Below are positions 48,372-60,795 of a stretch of 64,000 nt of DNA, piece by piece. The notes under the pieces were generated by a model, which saw nothing but the letters and a program-made list of their open reading frames with translations, searched no databases and was not told where the DNA came from. Position numbers and translations under genes: made by a program. Source of the DNA: an uncultured Methanosarcinaceae archaeon (lineage in GTDB: Archaea > Halobacteriota > Methanosarcinia > Methanosarcinales > Methanosarcinaceae); contig CAVTET010000005.1 of the NCBI GenBank assembly GCA_963733675.1, positions 96,001 to 160,000 of the forward strand, read 5' to 3'. Numbering within the stretch: the first letter of the stretch is position 1; the number at the start of each line of letters is the position of its first letter.

Positions 48372-48402
48372 ATGACTATTGTAGCTGCAGATACTGCATG
48401 GG
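48372..48402 (+). pseudogene. amt: Ammonium transporter first 10 codons, cut by IS6
   Basis: MTIVAADTAW directly after glnK with GGTGA RBS. Confidence 0.7.
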
Positions 48403-49269
48403 GGTTCCGTTGCAAAAATTCATAATAAGGATTCAATTGAATAAAGGGAAAATCAATAGAACGATAATATGCTATCTAATTCCTTTAAGTGGAAACATTA
48501 CGAAGGAGAAATTGTCCTATTAAACGTAAGGTGGTAACTAAAATATCCCATTAGCTATCGCAATTTAAAGGAAATGATGATAGAAAGAGGAGTACAAGTT
48601 GATCATACTACTCTAATGAGATGGGTGCATCAATATTCTCCTGAGATCGAAAAGAAGGTACGTAGATACTTAAAACCAACCACTGACACTTGGAGAATGG
48701 ACGAAACCTACATCAAGGTAAAGGGTGAATGGAAATATCTTTACAGAGCAGTTGATTCAACTGGAAGCACAGTTGATTTCATGTTAAGTGCAAAGCGTGA
48801 TAGAAGTGATGCGAAATGTTTTTTTAAGAAAGCTTTGAGTTCTAATCATAATCGAATTCCAAAGGTAATAACTGTAGATAAAAATCCAACTTATCCACCT
48901 GCTATAAGTGAACTCAAAAATGACGAAGTATTACCTAAAAACGTAAACCTTCGGCAAATCAAGTATTTGAATAATGTTGTTGAACAGGATCGTAGATCTA
49001 TAAAACGAATAATTCGTCCAATGTTAGGCTTTCAGTCTTTTTGTACAGCTATCAAGACTTTAAAAGAAATTGAAATCATGCATATGATAAGAAAAGGACA
49101 GATTGATGCTCTAAATCGATGTGTTCTTTCTGAAGTAAATTTTATAAATAAGTTATTTGGAATAACTGCCTAAATCTAAATGTTATCTGAGAAATATTTT
49201 GCATCTTTATGTTTTTTGCTGTGAAACTAAAATTTTTACTTAAATAATAGGATTTTTTGCAACGGAGCC
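48403..49269 (+). mobile_element. IS6-family element, copy 4 (divergent, nonsense)
   Basis: 867 bp with IRs; transposase from 48469 with TAA at 48535-48537. Confidence 0.93.
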
Positions 49270-49523
49270 TGCCTAAATATAGTTAAGACCATGTAGATTA
49301 CTACTTCCAGAGCTATGCTATAAGAAAGATATGTACTCTGGAAAATCTAATCCGTATTTTGGGAGAAAAATTCAAGATGCTCATGATTTTCCTCGATGTA
49401 TTAATAGGAATCACTGCGTCAGAAGTGATCTTTGTATTCACTGATTAAATCTATCATATACTCTGAGAAAAATTTAGCTTGTACATGGATTTTTTTATTG
49501 CAACTGCTTACAGTTCTATTTCA

Positions 49524-51461
49524 TTATACGCGTTCAAGTGCAAGAGCCCCAAGAAATGCCATCGTTTCAAATATCTCTTTGTTCTCTGGAGTTAGAGCTC
49601 TCTCAGGTTGTTCAAAGGCAAATGCCATGAGGCCCAAAATCATTCTGTGAGTTTTTAGTGGAATATAATACCCTCTTCCTGCAGGAAGATTATTTGTTCC
49701 GTAGCCAGCTGCCTGACCGTTATCATAAGCCCATCGAGCAATGTTACTCTCTTTATCTTTGAGGGGGTAGTCAGCATCACCTTCTTAGATTTGAAGCCCG
49801 GAGGAGCTAGATGTAAGTATTGCAAAGGCACCTGGAGCAAAGTTATGCATTTGATCGGAGAGAATTTTTAAAACCTTTTGCCTTGTTTTTGCTTTCACAA
49901 GTTCACGAGAAAGACCTGCTGTTGCTTCCACTTGAGCTTCGCTCTGCCATATCTGAGGCAAAAGATGTCGCAGCCGAGTTGCAAGGCTGCTGATTATAAG
50001 AGCAATAGTGACATATCCTACAAAAGCGATGAAGTATTGCAAGTCTTCGATACCAATTGAATAGTAAGGCTTGACAAAGAAAAAATCAAAGAGTAAAATA
50101 CTCACAAATGCTGCAAACATAGCCACTCTGCGTCTGAAAAAGAACGCAGATACAAGGACTGGTAAGAGCTGAATAATCAGTAGGTTCGTAGGTCCTATAT
50201 GATCTCTGAGAATTAAATTAAAGCTCACTACGGCTGTGATCAGGATGAGACTAATTGCATATTCAGCTGTAAAAAATAGTGGAATTTGTCGCTGAAAAGG
50301 TATATGCAAGCTGTTCCCTTTGGGTTCATAAAGATGGATATCAATACCAGGCGAATTTCTTATGATCCTATATACCGGAGAAAAGAACACATCTATACCA
50401 TGGGGTTTTCCAAGCATAATCATGTTGACATTGCTCCGCCGAGCATAGCGTATAATCTCATCAGCAATATCATTTCCACGGTAACGAACTATACGGCCAC
50501 CCAGCCTTCGACACGTCTCTAGAGCTTGATTGAGCCATACACGTTCCATCGAAGATAAAGCCCTATCGTTGCCAATATCTACTGAAAGTACAATAAAATC
50601 AGCATCGAATCTGGTTGCAAGTCTATATGCTGCCCTTATCATGGCTTCAGCTGTGGGGCCGGGCCGAATACAGACCAGAAACCGTTCTACTGCAGGCCAT
50701 GGGCCCTGGATAGCTCGGCTCCTCATATAACCGATCATCATCTGGTCAGTATACACTGCCATATATCGCAGTGCAAGTTGCCTTAGTGCAAGGAGATTTC
50801 CGGTTCTGAAAAAACTCTGAACAGCAGCCTCAGCCATATTTTCTACATAGACTTTCCCGGCTTTGAGACGAATATTTAGCTCTTCTGGCGTGATATCAAT
50901 TAACCGAATCTCATCGGCATTGGAAAAGAAAGCATCCGGTACAATTTCAGAAACTCGGATTTCAATGATTTGGGCAACGGCGTCGTTTTGGCTCTCAATA
51001 TGCTGAATATTGACGGTAGTATATACTGATATTCCTGCTTGCAGGATCTCTTCGACATCTTGGTATCGCTTCACATGTCTGCTGCCTGGAGGATTGGTAT
51101 GAGCTAACTCGTCTACCAGGACTATTTGAGGGTGACGTCGGATAATTTCATCGAGATTCATCTCCTTCAGAGGGAGGCCATGATGTTCGATGGAGACTGT
51201 TGGAATAGCCTCTAAATTATTAACCAGTAAATTTGTCTCAGGCCGATCATGGATCTCAATATAGCCGATTACAACATCTTTCCCTTCCCTTAGCCGCTGA
51301 AGTGCATCTTGGAGCATTGAGTATGTCTTCCCAACACCTGCGGAATAGCCTAAGTAAACTGTCAACCTTCCTTCATGCACTTTTTTTTCATCACGGTGAG
51401 CGATACGGAGCAAATCTTCAGCTAGTGGTCTTCCTTCTTCTTCACGATGATCCATTAGCAT
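49524..51461 (-). pseudogene. kdpD: KdpD-like sensor (KdpD-USP-4TM-GAF, no kinase domain) with one in-frame TAA
   Basis: G..AGVGKTY and VDELAH motifs; the frame continues past TAA 49785-49787 through GAF to ALALERV*. Confidence 0.85.
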
Positions 51462-51520
51462 AATTCCTCTAGGTGTGACCCTTCTTCATCAAGCGCTCGG
51501 TTGAGCGAAAGAGCATTTAA
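51458..51520 (-). pseudogene. kdpC: kdpC 3' tip
   Basis: LNALSLNRALD resembles the KdpC C-terminal VNVL.LN.ALD and abuts the kdpD start. Confidence 0.55.
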
Positions 51521-52262
51521 ATAAAGAAGGTGATAATTTAAAAATCCATCTCACCCTTTGATGAATAAGATTGGCAAATAGGCAAATAAATTATACATCT
51601 GTGTGAATCCTTGAGATATCGGATGAACTTTCAATGGGAATGAAGAAGTAGACTCATTAATTCAAAAATCAAGTTAAAGACTAGATTTTGAACAAATTGA
51701 AGAATTGAACGGAAGATTCATTTTGTAGTCATGACAGAAATTGAAGAAAATCAGCCTTCTCTAAACCTTCAAAAAGAAGGAAAAAAACGGTGCAAACCCA
51801 AAAACACTACCATTATGCTTACTACAGAAGTATCTTCACCAATTTCAAAGGATATGAATCTGAAATAAGTGATTCTATCATTTGTATAAAGGAAATTTTT
51901 CCGGATGATTCATACAAAAAAAATTTGAGATATTATTTTAATAGGCACAATGATTTCCACGCCGTATTTCCATTTTATAGTACAAATGTAGTTTGAAATA
52001 AAATTAAGTTAGTTAATAAAAGTTCTAGGGCCATTTTTTAGCCTCGTAGAAAGTAAGCTATTCAACTCAAATAAAGGATATTAAGATACAAAACTAAACG
52101 CTGTCAGGATGATAAAAGCTACAAGAGAAAAAAAGCACTATGGTGTAATTAAGAGTAGAGGATCAGTAGAGACCTACCCTAAAAATAATTGGCACAACAA
52201 AACAAGAAAGAGAATAGTAAATGACACCCTATCAAATGTTTATGTGGTCTAGAACCATCTTT

Positions 52263-52353
52263 AGAGGATTGTAACTAAATCTCCGATTTCAAAAGATTTT
52301 ATATATAAACTTATAAATAACAAGCCAAAAATGAGGGTTTATCCAAATGTTCT
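52263..52353. mobile_element. ~90-bp MITE (family B), degenerate
   Basis: AGAGGATT ... GGTTTATCCAAATGTTCT ends. Confidence 0.5.
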
Positions 52354-52581
52354 ATATATACCTATTTTGTGATCTAATTTGAAAAAGCAACATGATAAAC
52401 CTCATAAGTTCGTTCTTTTTGGGCAAAAGAGGAAGTTACAGCCTCATTTTCTGCAAAAAAATAACTGAATTTTCAAAATGATAGAGATATTACAATCTAC
52501 TCTATTCAAAAACTTATAACTGGAAATGAGGTTGATTAGTACATCTGAAATATAATATCGGGTGAAAATTATTTTATTAAG

Positions 52582-52884
52582 ATGATACAGGTATAATATC
52601 AGTAGAGAATAATGGATACTACAAAAAAGCTTTTTGATAGGAATATTTCATTCCTATGAGCATTATTGAGATAACTGAAAGAGGCAAACAGAAAGAGTCC
52701 TCTTCGAACACAAAGGAACAAAAGTAGAGTGATAATCAACTAAAGATTATACTCGAGATGGTGGTGAAAGACCAAGATGTGGATATGAAAATCTCAATTA
52801 TCAGAGTTACTAGTAGGACAATTAGATAATGTGGACATATTTATCCTGCCGATCGAAACGGTGACACAGGTAAGAAAGGATTAG
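52582..52884 (+). pseudogene. Second P-II protein remnant
   Basis: PMSIIEITERGKQK, KIILEMVVKDQDVD and IFILPIETVTQVRK in broken frames. Confidence 0.6.
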
Positions 52885-53141
52885 GTTTGAAAATAAGTTT
52901 TAGATGAAAATGCCCTATATATAAAGGGTTTTATTTTTTGTAAGCATATCTCAGCCTATGTTCTTCGGTTGAGGTTACTTCCAAAGTATACTTAATGACT
53001 TATTCATGCTGTTTGTTCAAACTTTCAGTATGGATTAATCCTATCTTCTTTAGCACAAAAAAATGTAGGCATTTGTCCCACCAAAAAAATCATTATGAAA
53101 CGTTAACAATTATATGGTTGACAAACTATTCACATGCAACT

Positions 53142-54191
53142 TTACTTGTAATAGTGCTGCATAATATATACGACTAACAAAATTAAAGATATAAGTGTCA
53201 GAAATGCAATGGAAAGTAGAATAGTTCCTATCCATATTTGACGATCAGTTAATACACCAGTTGATTTTGGTTCTGGATCCTTTGGAAATTGCGATAAATC
53301 GATATCTGCAAAATGCTTTAAATCATTCCGGAGTTCACTAGCAGACTGATATCGCTCGTCAGGATTCCGGCGTATTGACTTAAATATTATAGCTTCAATT
53401 TCAGGGGGAATTGATGATTGAAGCTTACGAGGCGATATAGGAATTGCCGTTAGATGTTGGTTCATTACAGAAAGAGCATTGTCTCCATGAAATGGCACCG
53501 TTCCAGTTAGCAGCTCATATAGTATAATTCCAAGTGCATACACATCAGTACGCACATCTCCACGTTTTCCCTGTATTTGCTCAGGTGCCATATAATCAGG
53601 TGTTCCAAAGGTATCTGAACCGAATCTCCATGTTACACGTCGGCTACCTTCAAGTAGAGAACTGCCAAAGTCAATAATATGGAGTCTACCATCCGGTCCG
53701 AGAATTATATTCTCAGGTTTCAAATCACGATGACAAACTCCATGAGCATGAAGATAATAGACTGCTTCAACAAGCTGGTCGGCTATAGAGAGTGCTTCGT
53801 TAATAGGTAATGGAGCATTGTCGCTGATGAAGGCGCGGAGCGATTTACCTTCTATATAGTTTAAAACAAGAAATAGACCATTAGAGCTTTCCACAAGGTT
53901 GATAGCTTTAGGAATCGCAGGATGATTCAACTTTTGTCCAATAGCGTATTCTCGGCGAAATCGCTCGTATGTAACTGGGTCACTAATTAAAGAAAGATCT
54001 GGGAATTTAAGTATAACAGGCTTACCATCTGGGTCGCTGGCCTTGTAGATCTGGCTAAATCCTCCTTTACCGAGACACTCCAATATTTTATATCCGCAGA
54101 CGATTTCGCTTTCTTTAAACATCATAAGCATCTCATTACTCTGTAAACATCCATTGCACAGCAAGCGTAAATTATTTGTTAGCTGATCCAA
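53142..54191 (-). CDS. Hanks-type Ser/Thr protein kinase with C-terminal TM helix (start probably near 54137)
   Basis: LGKGGFS, HRDLKPEN, DFG and GTPDYMAPE motifs. Confidence 0.93.
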   Translation of the reverse strand: MDQLTNNLRLLCNGCLQSNEMLMMFKESEIVCGYKILECLGKGGFSQIYKASDPDGKPVILKFPDLSLISDPVTYERFRREYAIGQKLNHPAIPKAINLVESSNGLFLVLNYIEGKSLRAFISDNAPLPINEALSIADQLVEAVYYLHAHGVCHRDLKPENIILGPDGRLHIIDFGSSLLEGSRRVTWRFGSDTFGTPDYMAPEQIQGKRGDVRTDVYALGIILYELLTGTVPFHGDNALSVMNQHLTAIPISPRKLQSSIPPEIEAIIFKSIRRNPDERYQSASELRNDLKHFADIDLSQFPKDPEPKSTGVLTDRQIWIGTILLSIAFLTLISLILLVVYIMQHYYK

Positions 54192-54462
54192 AATTTAGTT
54201 TCAAAACCAAGTCATTGAAGCAAGCGTAATTTTGCTTTTTAAGATTTAAAATTTTATAATTATAAAACAACGTTATTGTATAAACAATGAAGATAACTAT
54301 AAGTTTTATTCTCAATAACTCTCCTGGGTTACCTGCTCAGATCTTTTTGTAGTCCTCAAAATGAAAATTAACACTTCTAAAACTTAAAAAATGGATTGAT
54401 CGCAAAGTTCAGATAACTATCCACTAAAAACTGTAGTTATTAAATTTTGAGTTTGTTATCTA

Positions 54463-54965
54463 TCATTTTTTTCTTCTGCTTGCTCTGAACTTTCTTCCTA
54501 TGGGCCACAAATCCACCATCAGTAAGTATATCGAGCAGAAAATCAGGCAGTTTATATCCTGTGAATGTACCTTTATTTAGAACTATAATCTCACCTTTGA
54601 GCAGATCAACTTGATCTCATCTCCTTCCTCACACTCGACATCAGCTTCCAAAATAAATAGCCCGACATTAATTGCATATCTAAAAAAGTTTCTTGCAAAA
54701 GACTTTGCTATAACGCAGGCCACTCCGGGGTATTTCAAAGAGAGAGGATCCTGTTCCCTTGAAAAGCCAAAACCGAAATTTGTGCGTGCAACAATTATAT
54801 CCCCCGGCTTCACTTTTTTTAGGAATCTTTGGGCAATGTCTTTCGTCAAATAAGCTATAAAGTCCTGCATGCATTGGTTCGCATGGTTTTTTCTTGGATA
54901 ATTACATTAGTATCAACCTCGTTTTCGAACTTCCAGACTTGGGCTACAATAAGATTTACCATCAT
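54463..54965 (-). pseudogene. leuD: Isopropylmalate dehydratase/homoaconitase small subunit
   Basis: GDIIVA.TNFG.G.SREQ and IAKSFAR.F.R motifs; frameshifted. Confidence 0.75.
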
Positions 54966-55803
54966 AATTCACCTGAAAAGTAAATTTTATAATAGATATT
55001 TTAGTAGCGGAATACGGGAAACAAAAGTAATATTCCATCAAATAGGGCTCAAGAAATAGAATCTTAAAATGAGTCTTGTGAGTCAGTTACTGAAAATCCG
55101 AAACAAGGACTTGCTTTCAAACTTGTAGGAACATAACTATATGACCGCTTTTTTCAGATCTGATTAAAAACTCACGGATACGACCTAGGTTCAATTTTTA
55201 AATATGCCGTATTTCACTTGTTTTGTTTTATTCCTTTTCGATTTCTTTTCTAAATTCTGTGTCATCTATCTCGACTTCTTAGAATTGGTATTCCATTTTA
55301 TATCCTATTTTAGAGCTAAGTAATTGGTATAAGTTTGTCTATAAGGGCTTACGTAGTGAAACTGAAAAGCATCAGCATAGGATTCCCAGCTATTTGAGTT
55401 GTAATATTATGATAGATGTTCATGTGGTTTACTTCGCTCTTCAGTGTGCAAATTCTGCCTTTCAAGCTGTCTCAAAACTTGACCAATTTCTGCAATTGTA
55501 TAATTGGCAATATTTACTTTAAATGTCTAATCGAAAATTAATCTGAATTTCAGGCGCTAATTAGCTTTAAAGGAAGGCACTTAATCCTAATTGTAGAATC
55601 AATTGTAGTTTTGAGTAGCTCGCTTTTTTATTTCACAAATCATAGATTTTTGGGGCATATCTATGCGTTATTGATCAATTTCGAAAAAGCGAGTACTTCC
55701 ACTTCATTTGAGTAAAATGTCAATAGACTATTTTGTTTACGGTTTTCAATAAATCACATCCATTGCTGATTTTCTTAATCATTATTTAAAGTAACTTAAT
55801 TTT

Positions 55804-55942
55804 GTCAGACGTAATTCACCGGAATGGCGTATGGAAAAATATCACTTGTCATTCCAAGCACGCCGGTTCTTACCCTTAAAAGAAACGTTTCGATTTTCCT
55901 CCGGTCTGTGCAATTTCTCTGAGTATAGCGAACCTGATCTAT
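55804..55942 (-). pseudogene. Pyridoxamine 5'-phosphate oxidase-family 5' remnant
   Basis: KIETFLLRVRTGVLGM....PYAIPVNYV*. Confidence 0.55.
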
Positions 55943-56196
55943 CAAATAGCACCTTTACTGATATTTATTCCATTTGCGTAGGAAATATATTTTTCAGCTG
56001 TTCCATGCAGAATGGTTTTGGAATTACGAATATGTTATAAAAGAATACAGTAACCTATTACCTATTTTTCATTATATATAAATTTCTATATTGGTTTTAT
56101 AAAGCAACCAATTAATAACGCAGAATTCAAGAGATAAAAAGACAAACGTTATAAAAACTGTATCAGAAGCCCTAAAGATAAAATATTATCTGCTAA

Positions 56197-56991
56197 GAGC
56201 CTATCCGAAAAATAATATACTTTCAATTTAAGATCATGTGTGGTAATGACAAAACGGAAAATTGTTCATGACTACGAAATTTCTGAAGATTATTGGAAAA
56301 AATAGAACCTTTACTACCTGTACCTAAGCCAAAAAAGAAGTCTTGAAGACCTAGAAAGGGTGATAGGAAAATAATGAGTGGCATTTTCTATCTTCTTGTT
56401 ACTGGTTGCCAATGGAAAGCATTGCCACGATTTTATGGAGCTCCAAGCACTGTAAATAATCGATATTAGAATGGGAATGACAATCAATTGATGGTGCTAT
56501 GACAAAAGCATCACTAGATGGAGCTGGAACAGGAGCCAATCCTACTGATCGTGGCAAAAAAGGTACAAAAAGGATTGTTTTAACTGATGGTAAAGGCATA
56601 CCACTTTCTGTTGTCGTTGATGGAGCCAATCGTCACGATAAAAAGCTTGTGAAAAGTACTTTAGACGCCATATTCTTTGAAAGACCTTCTGCAGAAGACA
56701 TAATTCAGAATATATGCATGGATAAGGGTTCTGATTTCACCGATATCAGAAAATTGGTTGAAGACTATGGTTATACTGCGCATATCAAAAGTCGTGGAGA
56801 AGAAAACATAAGAAGAGACATACATGGTTTTCGGGCAAGAAGATGGATTGTAGAAAGGACACATTCTTGGCTGAATAGATTCAGAAGACTCCTTATAAGA
56901 TGGGAAAAGAAAATTGAAAATTACCTTGGTATCCTACATTTAGCGTGCGCATTGATAACATTCAGATCAGCAGAACTTTTCGGATAGACTC
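56197..56991 (+). mobile_element. IS5-family element (IS1031/IS427-like) with decayed transposase
   Basis: IRs GAGCCTATCCGAAAA / TTTTCGGATAGACTC; TAA duplicated on both sides; RWIVERTHSWL motif. Confidence 0.9.
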
Positions 56992-57261
56992 TAAGTTGAA
57001 TCCCAAACAGCTTGTTTTGGGACTAAAACTTTTCAGAGAGCCATTATGGTAATTAACTGAGTTTATACTTTAATCCGCGTTTATTTATGGCAGTGCACCA
57101 AAAATATTGTAAAATCTAATTGACTTTATGCCATTTTCTTTAACAACAAAAAATAGGATTTATCGTTTTTACGGATGTGGATGTTTTCATACAAAACCTA
57201 AACACCTTAGAGTTAAGATAATTCAAACTTTTGGACCAAAACTATAGCTGTCTAATCGTTT

Positions 57262-57797
57262 TTATGATGGATGCTCTATTCTGTATAAATCTTTCAATGC
57301 AGTTGTGTCGTCAGGGTAAAGTTTTATTGCTTTATTATAATCAAAGATTGCTGCCGCTTTATCGCCTTTAGCTTCGTCAATGATCCCCTTTGCATTCCAA
57401 CCAAAGAAATTGTTTGGATCAAGCATCAAACTTTTATCTGCGTAATTTTCTGCGTCTTCAGATCTACTTTGTTTACTCAAAATTAAGCATTTCCCTACAT
57501 TGTACATTGAATTATAGGGTTTAATAAAAGTGCATGGTCCATTGCTGCATTAGCTTCATTCATTTTAAATTCTTGAGTTAAAACCAGTCCTTTGTAATAC
57601 CATGCGTCTGCATCTTGTGGATCTAGGCTAATTGCTTTATCAAAATTTGATATGGCATCATCGTATTGTTTGGCGCCGCCTAGGATATTTCCTTTTTTGA
57701 CGAGAGCTTGTGATTCTTGGGATGCAGATACTATACCTACTAGCAGCAAAAGAGCTAGAGTAATTATTCCAAAAATGTTGAGCTTTCTATTTACCAA
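57262..57797 (-). pseudogene. Secreted TPR protein, frameshifted
   Basis: Signal peptide plus TPRs split near 57505. Confidence 0.75.
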
Positions 57798-57899
57798 AAA
57801 TATCAGTCATGAGTTAAGAATCCATATATAATAGTTAAGCAGCATTGTAAAGCTGACCCAGATTATATAAGGGGGCAACAGGTAAGAAGTTGATTTTGA

Positions 57900-58290
57900 G
57901 ATTTTTCTAAACTGGATTATTGTCAGAAAGATAGCAAGCCAGAGAAAAATGATATCAACAAAAGCATAGTAAGGGGGACTTTAGCCCGAAAAATAAAAAG
58001 GACCAGAGGAAGTTAAGACCTAACTGTATTCCAAAAATAAGCAAACCCATTTTTACTTCTCGCTGTTGCAGTCCCTTTTCCCAAACAATGTAGAAGGAGA
58101 TCCCCATAAGCGTATAGGGAGCAACCCATACCGGAAAAAAGATCCATGACGGAGGGCTAAAAGCTGGCTTTTCAAGCAAAAAACCAGTTTTCAAGAGATG
58201 AAACCGTAAATGCTGAACCGATAGCTTCAGCAAGCTGGCAAAGCAACACTTAGGCAAAAAGCTTAAAGGAATTTACTTTCTGAGCCATAT
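57900..58290 (-). pseudogene. tspO: TspO/MBR sensory protein, fragmented
   Basis: KPAFSPPSWIF.PVW and QL.LN.LWS.LFFG motifs. Confidence 0.8.
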
Positions 58291-58337
58291 AAGATGCCTA
58301 AAATATTTTGTCCTCTAATAATATTAATTTTGAGTTT

Positions 58338-58428
58338 AGAAGATTTCGATAAGCTTCAATTTCCGGCTAGCTGTTTATAAAAGTATGTGTAAGCAAGTTG
58401 TTGAAATCAGAGGTTTATCTAAATTTTT
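58338..58428. mobile_element. ~90-bp MITE (family B), opposite orientation
   Basis: AGAAGATTTCGATAAG ... AAATCAGAGGTTTAT. Confidence 0.55.
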
Positions 58429-58800
58429 TTGACTATAATTCCTCTTAAGTGATGCATCAATTGCCTGCTGTCCCTATTTCCAGTAAATCCTTACATTCAG
58501 CTCCTCAAGGTGGGAAGATCCATTCCAGATAATATTAATGTTCTTCTAACAATTTAGGTCATGGAAAGCTTTGTAATTTGTAATATCTGCATCATAAAAT
58601 ATGAAGCTTCTTTCTTCATGTTCATAGTATTGAATCCCAGCATGATGTAGGCAAGTTTACTTGTTCCTGCATCTCTTGTACAGATTATGTTTTGGACTTC
58701 CTCCTACTATTTCAAGGTTTAACTCCATGAAAAATTACTTCCCATAATGACTCAATTTTAGATTTTTAAAAGACAGAATACATGATATGTCTAGCAAATT

Positions 58801-59412
58801 TTAGTTTTTGCACTGCAGTAAATTCCTACAGCGCTGGAGGTCCTGTACAGTATTCACGTTTATTGCTAACTTGGGATTCTCAAGTATAAGATTAAAGTCT
58901 TCCTGTTCGTTTCTGATTTGAGAACTGTCCAGAATATTAATCCCGGTAGGTACAATTAGTTTACCATCCTTGTTGAAAACCGTTTCAGGTCTGATTCCAG
59001 CTCCCTTGCAGATATTTATTGGGACATATACTGAAAGTGCCGGTTTTTCTGCTTCCCAGTATTTCTCAATTATCGAATCTATAAGCTCTGAATCTATCAG
59101 GGGAATATCTGACATAATAATCATTACTGAACCAGTTGTTTGTGAAGTTTCTACTGCATAAATCATATCCCCTACGTAGTTTCCTCCAAAGGTCCTGATT
59201 ACTTGAATCTCTCCTTTATAATATTCCCGAATCATAATTTCAGTCTTAGGGGTTGCAGGAGATACTGCTACAAAGACACGATCTATATTCTTTGTGGTTA
59301 TGAGGGTATCTATTACATAGCTTATGAGTGGTTTTCCAAGTAATTCAACACACGGCTTTTCCCCCATTCCAAGCCGTTGTCCGAATCCTCCTGCCATTAC
59401 AATAGCATTCAT
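58801..59412 (-). CDS. cobY: Adenosylcobinamide-phosphate guanylyltransferase
   Basis: MAGG.G.RL...EKP and NVNT..DL motifs; cob operon context. Confidence 0.9.
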   Translation of the reverse strand: MNAIVMAGGFGQRLGMGEKPCVELLGKPLISYVIDTLITTKNIDRVFVAVSPATPKTEIMIREYYKGEIQVIRTFGGNYVGDMIYAVETSQTTGSVMIIMSDIPLIDSELIDSIIEKYWEAEKPALSVYVPINICKGAGIRPETVFNKDGKLIVPTGINILDSSQIRNEQEDFNLILENPKLAINVNTVQDLQRCRNLLQCKN

Positions 59413-59434
59413 TCCAAATCTCTCAGGTATCCAT

Positions 59435-60235
59435 TTAATGAAATTTCAGGATAACTGCGATAACACTTAGTGCAGTCACCCTTCCGATTTCGTTAGCAAC
59501 ACCTATTCCGTCTCCATTTAACCCGCCAAAATGTGCATAGCTCCTGTTAAGAATTACCAGAGCAGAGACGCATGCTCCCAGATAGGGTAATAGCCCTATC
59601 CACCCAAAAGGCAGAGAACATAAAATAGCTCCTAACGCAAATCCTATAAGGAAATTCTGTTTGGTTGCTCCGTTTATAGTCATTGTTCCAAGGCTAGGAT
59701 AAGCCTGTTTTCCCTGGAGAGGTATAGGCTTTCCAAAAGCAGCGATTGTAAGCATGGATTGCTTTGCACTAACTTCTGCGATAAACATTGATGCGAACAT
59801 CAACATTGGAAGGTTATATCCAACAACTGAGCCTTCTTCTTGTACTGCTTTTATTGAACCATACAAAATAAGTAACAGCAGAATGCAGAAGGAGACTCCT
59901 CCTGTTCCGAGGTTCGTGTCCTTCAGGGCCTGTATTTTTTTTTCAAGTGATCCGTGAGCCATAAAACCATCTCCTACATCAGTGACTCCGTCAAGATGAT
60001 TGAAACCCGTTATATAATATATGAATCCCATGATAAGGGCTGTAAGAACTGCTTCCGGAATAATTATCTGTCCTATGTATGCTGCTGTCCCTATGATAAT
60101 ACCTAGCACGGCTCCTGCAATTGGGTATAAGTATATTTTCCCCATAAGCTCATTGATCCCTTCCATGCTGATCCCCACAGGGATAGTGGACAGGAACCCC
60201 AAACTGGATTTAAAAGCAAGTAAAAATGAATTCAT
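59435..60235 (-). CDS. cobS: Cobalamin synthase
   Basis: HLDG..D.GDG and GG.NGD..G..NE motifs. Confidence 0.93.
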   Translation of the reverse strand: MNSFLLAFKSSLGFLSTIPVGISMEGINELMGKIYLYPIAGAVLGIIIGTAAYIGQIIIPEAVLTALIMGFIYYITGFNHLDGVTDVGDGFMAHGSLEKKIQALKDTNLGTGGVSFCILLLLILYGSIKAVQEEGSVVGYNLPMLMFASMFIAEVSAKQSMLTIAAFGKPIPLQGKQAYPSLGTMTINGATKQNFLIGFALGAILCSLPFGWIGLLPYLGACVSALVILNRSYAHFGGLNGDGIGVANEIGRVTALSVIAVILKFH

Positions 60236-60795
60236 AGGATTTCACCTGTTTCCCAATCTTTTGTTTCGAGTTCTGCCAGACCTCTTGAATACATACTGGA
60301 GGATACTCCTCCTATAAGCCCACCTATCACATCATCAATAAACGGTCCCAGGTTTGAAAGGATTCCTGGCTTTTGTTTGTCATACCTTACAAACTCGAAT
60401 GCTCCTTTGGAGCCGCTAATATAGGTTGCAATACTTGTGCCAAGAACCTCATCTGCAATTATGAAACTCATGTCTTTTTCATAGGAACTTTTGCTAATGT
60501 TCGGAAGATTTCCTGCCCTGCCTTCCCTCTCAAGCAGAATCCCGGAATAAATCAAAATGCATAGGTTTGGGTCCGAAAGAGCGTACTTGAGTTCTCTTTT
60601 AAACAAATATTCGGCTTTTTTCCTTGTCTCGAGCCCAGGATGTGGGATGTACATTTCGAGAGCTGTGTCTACAAGATCCTGAGCACTGATGCCCTCTTCA
60701 GAAAGGACATCGAGTATGTCAATGGTAACTCTACCCTCTACTTTTTCAGGTTTCCCTTTTTTCAGGTTCCTTTCATCAATATCTGATAACTTCAT
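60232..60795 (-). CDS. cobZ: Alpha-ribazole phosphatase, archaeal
   Basis: DPN, ADEVLG and KPGIL..LGPF.DD motifs. Confidence 0.88.
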   Translation of the reverse strand: MKLSDIDERNLKKGKPEKVEGRVTIDILDVLSEEGISAQDLVDTALEMYIPHPGLETRKKAEYLFKRELKYALSDPNLCILIYSGILLEREGRAGNLPNISKSSYEKDMSFIIADEVLGTSIATYISGSKGAFEFVRYDKQKPGILSNLGPFIDDVIGGLIGGVSSSMYSRGLAELETKDWETGEIL

